From the NCBI GenBank assembly GCA_003558235.1, contig PWMI01000075.1, forward strand, positions 1 to 24,000: 24,000 bases of DNA. The letters run 5' to 3'. A model generated the notes under the pieces. It was given only the letters and a program-made list of their open reading frames with translations. It was not told where the DNA came from and ran no database searches. Shown one piece after another: positions 8,759 through 14,830 of this stretch; position 1 is the stretch's first letter; the number at the start of each line of letters is the position of its first letter. The DNA comes from Candidatus Iainarchaeum sp. Lineage in GTDB: Archaea > B1Sed10-29. The translations under genes and the position numbers were made by a program.

Positions 8759-9042
8759 AGGATTATAGCGTACAGATCTCTGAAGAGGTTTACCAGTATC
8801 TTGATTCATTGGATAAAAAAAGTAGGAGGGTGTGTAGAGAAAACTTAAAGAAATTAAGTAAACCTTATCCAGGTGAAGGGATAGGAGACAAAGAGAAGAT
8901 AGTGGTTGAGGGAAAAGAAGCTTACAGGATTCATATTGGAAGAACTTACACTGCTTTTTATACAATCCTTAAGGACAGGAGGATAGTTAGAGTAGTTGAA
9001 CTTTTGCCGATAGATAAAGCTCACAAGAAGTATGTTTACTGA
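8755..9042 (+). CDS. relE: RelE/ParE-family toxin (mRNA interferase)
   Basis: 95 aa. 'YRIHIGRTYTAFYTILKDRRIVRVVELLPIDKAHKKY' is the typical RelE/ParE C-terminal core (Y-R-I-x-x-G-x-Y-R-x-x-Y...h-x-R-K-x-x-Y). It is translationally coupled to the upstream antitoxin. Confidence 0.8.
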   Translation: MKDYSVQISEEVYQYLDSLDKKSRRVCRENLKKLSKPYPGEGIGDKEKIVVEGKEAYRIHIGRTYTAFYTILKDRRIVRVVELLPIDKAHKKYVY

Positions 9043-9222
9043 TTTTTCTTAAGTTAGGTTTATTCTTAAAATTTCTGCTAGTCCCACTATTTTTTATAGG
9101 TTTTTTCTTTCAGATTTTTATCGTCGTATCCACAGAGATTAAGTGCGCACATCACGGTGAATAGTCTCCATCTGTTTCTACCGCCATCCTAGCCATGATT
9201 TCACTTTGATTAAAATAGGTGA

Positions 9223-9378
9223 TGGGGTCTGGGAGATTTGAATTCGGGAACCGGTTACTGGTTTTCTCCCGTCAACTGGTGTCCTCCACACCAATTGGAC
9301 ATCATAGCGATGAATCGCTCAGCGCTCCTTCGTCTGTGACTGGAGCCAGTTAGGATAACCAGACTACCCTAAGACCCC
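9223..9378 (-). tRNA. tRNA-Trp (anticodon CCA) with two introns (59 nt at 37/38, 23 nt at 53/54)
   Basis: Minus-strand read: GGGGTCT TA GGGT AGTCTGGTTA TCCT A ACTGG CTCCAG | intron 1 (9339..9281) | A CCAGT TGAC GGGAG | intron 2 (9265..9243) | TTCAAAT CTCCC AGACCCC A. The exons (39+15+20 = 74 nt) fold into a full cloverleaf. The anticodon CCA is at 9343..9341, the discriminator is A73, and no CCA tail is encoded. The spliced T-arm GGGAG-TTCAAAT-CTCCC is identical to that of tRNA-Ile at 22760..22834. Both splice-site pairs sit in bulge-helix-bulge motifs (details in findings). Confidence 0.8.
9300..9322 (-). other. K-turn (box D'/C'-like) motif inside tRNA-Trp intron 1
   Basis: Minus strand reads CUGA (9322..9319) - GCGA UUCA UCGC stem-loop - UA - UGAUGU (9304..9299). 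This has the D' box / capped loop / C' box geometry of an L7Ae-binding K-turn: tandem sheared G.A pairs, a U.U pair and a closing G-C pair are all possible. Confidence 0.45.
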
Positions 9379-9405
9379 ATCTGTGAATATTAATACGGTT
9401 GTTCA

Positions 9406-9606
9406 TTATAAGTTTTTTCTTTTCCTTGCTTTCTTTTCAAGTTCCTCGAATACCTTGATTTCGTTCGTTCCTTCCGCTTTTATGCATTCTTGGTCCTTGG
9501 TCATGGCGCAGAAAAGGTTTTTCTCCCCTTTCACGTGGTAGTGGTTCATTCCGACTATGCTCCAATCTTTTAAAGTGGGTTTGTTCCAGGGTAGGTCATT
9601 TTTCAT
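9406..9606 (-). CDS. small hypothetical protein (66 aa) between the two intron-containing tRNA genes
   Basis: The track ORF 9406..9663 begins inside tRNA-Arg, so its first 19 codons read the tRNA 3' half. The internal ATG at 9606 gives 'MKNDLPWNKPTLKDWSIVGMNHYHVKGEKNLFCAMTKDQECIKAEGTNEIKVFEELEKKARKRKNL'. Third codon positions are A/C-leaning like other minus-strand genes here. No family recognised. Confidence 0.45.
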   Translation of the reverse strand: MKNDLPWNKPTLKDWSIVGMNHYHVKGEKNLFCAMTKDQECIKAEGTNEIKVFEELEKKARKRKNL

Positions 9607-9638
9607 TCTTTCACTTCCTTTTTTGAATTTCTTTTCAA

Positions 9639-9768
9639 CGGGCCTGGTGGGATTTGAACCCACGATCTACAGCTCCCTCCCAAACTTTTTGAAAAAGTTT
9701 GCTTTGAATCAAAACTTTTCTAAAGTTTTGTTAGGAGGCTGTTGCCCTATCCACTAGGCTACAGGCCC
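9639..9768 (-). tRNA. tRNA-Arg (anticodon CCT) with a 57-nt canonical intron at 37/38
   Basis: Minus-strand read: GGGCCTG TA GCCT AGTGGATA GGGC A ACAGC CTCCTA | intron (9731..9675) | A GCTGT AGATC GTGGG TTCAAAT CCCAC CAGGCCC G. The mature tRNA is 73 nt. The BHB is textbook: central helix CUCC/GGAG, 5' bulge UA|A, 3' bulge GG|A, outer helix CAAA/UUUG. An AT-rich TATA-like box (gtatatttat, 9791-9800) lies about 25 nt upstream. Confidence 0.9.
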
Positions 9769-9825
9769 AATCACTCGAAGTTGGTATGGGGTATATTTAT
9801 TCTTGGAGTAAAATAAAGATACTGG

Positions 9826-9882
9826 ATGATGAAGCGAACAACCAATGAGGTTCTCCAACCGATGATTAAACCTTTTTTCTGA
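9826..9882 (+). ncRNA. candidate box C/D sRNA (2'-O-methylation guide)
   Basis: Elements in order: C box AUGAUGA (9826-9832), 12-nt guide AGCGAACAACCA, D' AUGA (9845-9848), GGUU-CUCC-AACC stem-loop, C' AUGAUUA (9862-9868), 10-nt guide AACCUUUUUU, D box CUGA (9879-9882). Total length is 57 nt. The non-consensus D' A1 and C' U6 can still pair, which looks like a compensatory change. A TATA-like box lies about 25 nt upstream and a T-run (9892-9900) just downstream. Confidence 0.5.
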
Positions 9883-9900
9883 CGTTCATGATTATTTTTT

Positions 9901-10638
9901 CTATTCCAGGTTTCTCTTCAGGCTCTTGGTTAAGAAGGGTGACTTTACCCATGCGCCGACTTCTCCTTCTTCTTCTCGGGGGGTCAAGAAGAGGATGGAG
10001 TGGTCATCTATCGCCATGAATCTGTGTCCGTGTTCTTTTTCTTTGACTTCCATGAACTCGTGTTCGCTTGGAATTCCATGGTCTTTGTGTGTGAATAACT
10101 TTATTTTAACGCCTCTATCCTTGGCTTGCTTCAGGGCTTCGCTGTACTTCACTAGGTTGTCCTTCATGTCGTTTGGATCTGTTGCGATCACAACTTCTTC
10201 TTGAGCGTTCTCCATGAGTGATTTTATCTTGGACTCTATCTTTAAGTGATCGTTCAGGAGCCATAGTAGGTTGTTGCTCCTTTCTTTTCTAGGGGTTATC
10301 TGTTCTACTTCTTCCTGAAGGGTTTGTTTTACTTTTTCTATCTCTTCTATCCTTTCTTCGTGTTCCTTTATCTCTATTCTCTTCAGGTTATCTATTGATT
10401 CTTTTACTGGGAGGGCACTGTATTTTATGGGTCTCGATGGCTGCTGTGTTACCATTCCCTTCTTTTCAAGGTCTCTTAAAACATCGTAGGTTCTTGGGCG
10501 AGGTATATCTGCTTCTTCTCCAACTTCGGATGCTGACAGGGGCTTTTCCTTCAGCAGTAGTGAGAGGTATGCCTTTGATTCATACTGGTTCAATCCAGCT
10601 TTTTTCAGTTCATTGATGAGGTCTTTTCTCTTACTCAT
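9901..10638 (-). CDS. TrmB-family transcriptional regulator
   Basis: N-terminal winged-helix 'LINELKKAGLNQYESKAYLSLLLKEKPLSASEVGEEADIPRPRTYDVLRDLEKKGMV' is the TrmB HTH signature, followed by a coiled linker and a C-terminal domain. The track start is 10665. The ATG at 10638 (MSKRKDL...) fits the family N-terminus and the TATA position better. Confidence 0.8.
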   Translation of the reverse strand: MSKRKDLINELKKAGLNQYESKAYLSLLLKEKPLSASEVGEEADIPRPRTYDVLRDLEKKGMVTQQPSRPIKYSALPVKESIDNLKRIEIKEHEERIEEIEKVKQTLQEEVEQITPRKERSNNLLWLLNDHLKIESKIKSLMENAQEEVVIATDPNDMKDNLVKYSEALKQAKDRGVKIKLFTHKDHGIPSEHEFMEVKEKEHGHRFMAIDDHSILFLTPREEEGEVGAWVKSPFLTKSLKRNLE

Positions 10639-10683
10639 TTTAACGTCACCGGTATGATCATTCATGTGGAGTAAAACACTTTG

Positions 10684-10758
10684 TATTTAAACGTTTAGTG
10701 GTGAATTCTGCACGTTGAGAGTGTTCACCGCTATACTAAAACCCGAAATGTTTAAATA
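10684..10758. promoter_or_regulatory. divergent promoter region with two mirrored TTTAAATA boxes and an inverted repeat
   Basis: TTTAAATA occurs on the minus strand (10691..10684, toward the TrmB gene) and on the plus strand (10751-10758, about 37 nt before ATG 10795). Between them lies the inverted repeat GTGGTGAA (10698-10705) ... TTCACCGC (10724-10731), matching at 7 of 8 positions. Confidence 0.3.
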
Positions 10759-10794
10759 TGTTGTCACCAACTAATAGTTACAGGTGAAAAATAT

Positions 10795-12033
10795 ATGAAA
10801 TTAATTAACTCAGGATTGGGAGCACTTAAAGTAGCTCTACTAGCAGCAATACTGGTTACTGCACTATCCACTTCGGCACTCGCTTTGAACATCGTGATCG
10901 AAGACCAGGTTAGAACAGTATCCTCAGAAGAAACCGCGCAGTTCGCAATCGAACTAACCAACACGCAGGATGAATTCGAGGCAGTTGAACTGTCCGCTGA
11001 ATCGGATGTTTCAACTAGTTTCTCATCCAGGCAGTTGACACTTGGACCGGGAGAAACCAAGACAACTTACCTTTTTGCAGTTCCCCTCAACAAGGGTGAA
11101 GGAACGTACATGATAAGGCTCAATGTTAACCAGGAAACAAGGCTCCTGGCTCTAGAAGTAGTCGAAGGAAGACCAGCACTTGAACTGTACAATGGCTACG
11201 GAAAAGTAACGGCTGTACAGGACTCAACGCAGAGCATAAGGATGGTCGCGAGGAACTCCGGAGACAGAGAACTTAGAAACATAGTCGTGAAAGGAGACTT
11301 CTCAGAAAGACTCAACGCTAAATACAGTCCTGAGGTATTTCACCTGGATGCAGGAGAAGAAAGAGAAGTAACGGTGGTTCTAGACGTGCCGCTTGACTAC
11401 CCCAAGGACCTTTACGACTACAAGGTAACGATAGCATCAGGAGACACCAGCGCCTCAGAAGAGGTAAGGCTTGAAGTGATCGGGGCTGTTCCAATGAAGA
11501 ACAGAATGAGCCTAGAAACACTTAGAGCATGGGAAAAATTACTTGATGAAGATGGGGATGTAGTGGGATACAAGGTCCCGATGCGAGTAGTGAACAGGGG
11601 TTTGATAGACCTATCAGATGTCCAGTGGGAAGTGAGAGGACTCCCAGAAGGATGGGAAGTAACGGGAACCCAGGCCTTCGCGATAAGGGGAGCGGAAACA
11701 ATGGACAAAACGCTCTCATTCAACACCAACGGGGACTTCAGAGACAGGGTAGTGGAAGTAGCACTACTTAAGAATGGTAGAGAGATAACAACCGAACAGA
11801 TAGAGTTCCACGGTAGAAAAGTAGGAGTAAGAGGAACAGGACTTGTTCTCGGTGGAGCAGGATCAGTCATGCTGGGACTAATGGTCGTAGCAGCACTGCT
11901 AGTGATAGTTTACCTCGTCAGAGAAAAGAATAAAGCAATGGAAGAATCTGGAAGAGCAACTGACCAAAGTAAACTGAAGAGGCTCGTTGACGAAGCACTT
12001 AAAAGAGAAGAAAAGTCAGAAGAAGAGGAGTAA
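10795..12033 (+). CDS. secreted, membrane-anchored cell-surface protein with CARDB/NEW3-like Ig-fold repeats
   Basis: 412 aa. It has an N-terminal signal peptide (MKLINSGLGALKVALLAAILVTALSTSALA). Repeated beta-rich modules follow the pattern 'xxNxGxxxLxNVxV...(P/L)xxGExxxVxVxLxVPxDxxxGxYxxxV', as in archaeal surface/adhesion domains. A C-terminal TM helix (GLVLGGAGSVMLGLMVVAALLVIVYLV) is followed by a charged tail. Confidence 0.7.
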   Translation: MKLINSGLGALKVALLAAILVTALSTSALALNIVIEDQVRTVSSEETAQFAIELTNTQDEFEAVELSAESDVSTSFSSRQLTLGPGETKTTYLFAVPLNKGEGTYMIRLNVNQETRLLALEVVEGRPALELYNGYGKVTAVQDSTQSIRMVARNSGDRELRNIVVKGDFSERLNAKYSPEVFHLDAGEEREVTVVLDVPLDYPKDLYDYKVTIASGDTSASEEVRLEVIGAVPMKNRMSLETLRAWEKLLDEDGDVVGYKVPMRVVNRGLIDLSDVQWEVRGLPEGWEVTGTQAFAIRGAETMDKTLSFNTNGDFRDRVVEVALLKNGREITTEQIEFHGRKVGVRGTGLVLGGAGSVMLGLMVVAALLVIVYLVREKNKAMEESGRATDQSKLKRLVDEALKREEKSEEEE

Positions 12034-12068
12034 GCCTCTTCTCACCTCATTTCTTTATTTTCTTGGTT

Positions 12069-14033
12069 TCACTCTACTTTTGAACCTGTCTTAACTTTTT
12101 TATCGGGCATCAGCATCGAGACTTTTTCGCCTTCCACTGCGGCAAGAATCATCGCCTCTGACTTTACACCCATGATTTCAGCTGGCTCCAGGTTCGTCAG
12201 TACCACGACTTCCTTGTTTTCCAGTTCTTCCTTCGAGTAGTACTTCTTCAGTCCTGCTACGCTTGTTCTGACTTCTTCACCTATGTCTACCTTCATTTTG
12301 TATAGGTTGTCAGATCCACTCAATTCTTCTGCTTCGATTATCTTTCCGGTCCTGATGTCCAGTTCCTTGAAGTCGCTGTAGGAAATTTTTCCCATCTCTT
12401 CACCTCCTTCTTCACTGTATTTTTCTTCGTGTTCCTCGGTTTCTTCTTCACTTATCTTTTTGAATAGTGGCTCGAAATCATTGATCTCCTTACCAGGGGT
12501 TATCCTTTCCAAAGCACCCTGTAGGTTGTTTGTATCTATGTCCAGAAACTTCTTTATCTTGTCGGCCGTTTCAGGTATGAATGGCTCTAGGAGAAGTGAG
12601 AGAGCTTTGGTTATTTGAAGGGAAACGTATATCACTTCTTTCTGTCTTTCTTTGTTCTTCCATGGTTCCTCATCACTTATGTATCTATTTCCTTTTCGAG
12701 CTAGTTTAGTTACTTCTTCTAGGGCTTCGCTTAGCTCTGCTTCATGAATCAATTCCCTGGTTTTGATTGTGGTGTTCTCTATCTCTTTCAGCATCTCTTC
12801 ATCGTTTTCCTTCAGGTTTGGCGTTGGGACTTTGCCTTCGAAGAAGTTCTTGGTGAACGTGAGTGTTCTGTGGATGAAGTTGCCTATAGTGTCGTTCAGG
12901 TCCCCGTTAACTATCTTCTGGAACTCTTTCCAGGTGAAGTCCCGGTCCCTGTTTCTCGGGTACATCTTTATCAGGGTGTATCTCCAGTAGTCGCTCGGGT
13001 ACTCTTCCAGGGCTTCTTCTATGGAGAATCCTTTTCCCCTGGATTTGCTGAACTGCCCGCCTTCGTAGTTTAGGTACTGTGATGCTGCGACCATCTCCGG
13101 CTTTACGTAGTTTTTTCCCGTTGCTTTCAGCGTGGCAGGAAAGTAGGTGGTGTGGAAGGGAACGTTGTCTTTTCCCATGAAGTGGATTAACTTGGTGTCT
13201 GGTTCTTTCCACCAATTTCCTATTCCTATCTCTTTTGAGAAGCTCATATATCCTATTGGTGCTTCTATCCAAACGTAGAAAACTTGTTCTGGCTTGTCGG
13301 GGATTCTTATTCCCCAGTCCATGTTTCTGGATATGTCTTTGTCTCTTAGGCCTTCTTTTAACAGGTTCTCCGTTAACTTGATGGCTGTCTTCGACCACTT
13401 GTTTCCCTTATCCTTCAACAGGTCTTCTATGTATCCTTGTAGTGCGCTTAACTTGAAGAAAACGTGTTCGCTCTGCTGCTTCTCTGGCTTTGAGCTGCAT
13501 ACTGCGCAGTGGTAGTCACTCAGTTGAGTTGGGGTATCGAAGAGGGATCCACATTCATCGCATTGATCTCCTCTTACGCCCTGTGCTTCGCACTCGGGGC
13601 AGGTTCCTTCAACGAACCTATCAGGAAGTGAACGCATGCATTTTTTGCAGTAAAGTATCTCGACTTCTTTCTTGTAGATGTATCCGTTTGACTTCATGTC
13701 TTCGTATATCTGTATGGTATTGTCTCTGTGTGTTTCACTGGTCGTTCTTGAGAAGACATCGAAGTCTATTTGGAACTTCCCGAATATCTCGCTGATTCTG
13801 TCGTAGTTTTCGTCCACGAGTTCCTTTGGACTCTTCCCTTCGCTGACTGCTTTAGTGGTTATTGGGGTTCCGTGTTCATCTGTTCCACAGACGTATCTGC
13901 ATTCTTCTCCATCCGCTTTAAGAAACCGCTGGTAAACGTCCGCGGGCAATACGGATCCCACTAGGTTACCTAGGTGAGGCAGTCCGCTTGAGTAGGGCAG
14001 TGCTGATGTAACTAAGTATTTGAAGGTAATCAC
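12069..14033 (-). CDS. metG: methionyl-tRNA synthetase with C-terminal tRNA-binding (Trbp111/EMAP-like) domain
   Basis: 654 aa. 'ALPYSSGLPHLGNLVG' is the HIGH-type motif and 'FSKSRG' the KMSKS-type motif. There are two zinc knuckles (CKKC...CPEC, CDEC...CAVC). The C-terminal 'DIRTGKIIEAEEL...LYKMKVDIGEE..RTSVAGLKKYY' is an OB-fold tRNA-binding domain. The start codon is GTG at 14033. Confidence 0.95.
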   Translation of the reverse strand: MITFKYLVTSALPYSSGLPHLGNLVGSVLPADVYQRFLKADGEECRYVCGTDEHGTPITTKAVSEGKSPKELVDENYDRISEIFGKFQIDFDVFSRTTSETHRDNTIQIYEDMKSNGYIYKKEVEILYCKKCMRSLPDRFVEGTCPECEAQGVRGDQCDECGSLFDTPTQLSDYHCAVCSSKPEKQQSEHVFFKLSALQGYIEDLLKDKGNKWSKTAIKLTENLLKEGLRDKDISRNMDWGIRIPDKPEQVFYVWIEAPIGYMSFSKEIGIGNWWKEPDTKLIHFMGKDNVPFHTTYFPATLKATGKNYVKPEMVAASQYLNYEGGQFSKSRGKGFSIEEALEEYPSDYWRYTLIKMYPRNRDRDFTWKEFQKIVNGDLNDTIGNFIHRTLTFTKNFFEGKVPTPNLKENDEEMLKEIENTTIKTRELIHEAELSEALEEVTKLARKGNRYISDEEPWKNKERQKEVIYVSLQITKALSLLLEPFIPETADKIKKFLDIDTNNLQGALERITPGKEINDFEPLFKKISEEETEEHEEKYSEEGGEEMGKISYSDFKELDIRTGKIIEAEELSGSDNLYKMKVDIGEEVRTSVAGLKKYYSKEELENKEVVVLTNLEPAEIMGVKSEAMILAAVEGEKVSMLMPDKKVKTGSKVE

Positions 14034-14143
14034 CTTTGTTTTTCTTTTTTAGATTCAAGTTCCCGTGTTTCTTCCACGGGTTCTCGGTATACTTTTAAGT
14101 TGTCTCTCGTTATAAGTTTTTCCGTAGGTAATCATTTTATTTC

Positions 14144-14830
14144 ATGAGTCACTCAAGTTGTGGTAAGGTGATCTTCTTGAAGATAGATATGCATACTCAC
14201 TCTAAGTACAGCAAGGATGGTTCCTCCGAAGTGAGGGAGATGTTCGATAGGGCAGAGAGTAAGGGGCTCGATGGCCTGGCTATAACTGACCACTACGATG
14301 TTAGAGCTTGGAAGGAGGCAGAGGAGATTTCCGAAGAGAAAGGCATGTTCTTCATTCCTGGTGAGGAGGTGAAGATCCTCGATGAGGATGGAAAGTGTAA
14401 TGGAGAGGTTCTACTCTACTTCATGAAGAGGGGTATAGGTAGCATGACGATAGAGAAGATAAATAAAGAGGTAAGGAAGCAAGGTGGCTTAATATTCGTT
14501 GCGCATCCTTTTTCAAGGACTAGACATACTCCTAAAAACGTTAAGGGTCTTTTGAGGTATGTTGATGGTATCGAGGGGTTCAATGCGAGATCGAGGTTTG
14601 CTTCGACCAACAAGAAGGCTTCTGGGTTCGCTTCGAAGCATGGTATTCCAACGGTCGCTGGAAGCGATGGTCACATTCCGCTTGAGGTGGGCTGTGGATA
14701 CACTGAGGTTGAGGGGGCATCGGACTTGGAGGACTTTAAGAAAAAGATCGAGCAAGGGAAGGGTATCTCTAGGGGAAAAAAGGTGAATTCATTCATCTAC
14801 TATGCTTCCCAGCTCAGAGGCAGGGTTTGA
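14144..14830 (+). CDS. PHP-domain metal-dependent phosphoesterase
   Basis: 'IDMHTHSKYSKDG', 'LAITDH', 'VAHP' and 'GSDGH' are the four His/Asp metal-binding blocks of the PHP fold. The TTG at 14177 follows AGGTGAT and would give the family-typical N-terminus MKIDMHTHS, so the true start may be 14177. The 3' end overlaps the convergent XPD gene by 42 nt. Confidence 0.8.
   Translation: MSHSSCGKVIFLKIDMHTHSKYSKDGSSEVREMFDRAESKGLDGLAITDHYDVRAWKEAEEISEEKGMFFIPGEEVKILDEDGKCNGEVLLYFMKRGIGSMTIEKINKEVRKQGGLIFVAHPFSRTRHTPKNVKGLLRYVDGIEGFNARSRFASTNKKASGFASKHGIPTVAGSDGHIPLEVGCGYTEVEGASDLEDFKKKIEQGKGISRGKKVNSFIYYASQLRGRV

Noticed and set aside
9110-9155. Second possible box C/D sRNA on the minus strand downstream of tRNA-Trp: GUGAUGU - 12 nt - UCUG/UGGAUAC - 12 nt - CUGA, 46 nt in total.
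   Set aside because: Only the terminal C-like and D boxes are convincing. The internal D'/C' boxes are degenerate and have no spacer loop. There is no terminal stem or terminator. By my rough estimate, a chance co-occurrence in a 180-nt spacer searched on both strands is a few percent. It is worth a computational scan but is not supportable as a feature.
9281-9339. Calling tRNA-Trp intron 1 a complete, functional box C/D guide RNA for Cm34/Nm39.
   Set aside because: Terminal C and D boxes are not identifiable. The duplex to the C34 region is only 5 bp, and that GGAG is also needed for the BHB helix. The 10-bp exon-2 complement is not followed by a D box at the N+5 distance. Only the K-turn motif itself is reported.
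8440-9900. Integrated mobile element or genomic island around the TA module and tRNA genes.
   Set aside because: There is no integrase, transposase or partial tRNA duplication (att site). The codon endings of the TA genes follow the local strand bias rather than looking foreign.
14789-14830. 42-nt convergent overlap of the PHP and XPD coding regions as a regulatory antisense device.
   Set aside because: Tail-to-tail overlaps are common in compact genomes. There is a similar zero-gap junction at scpB/ATPase (21502/21503). No structure or motif was seen in the overlap.
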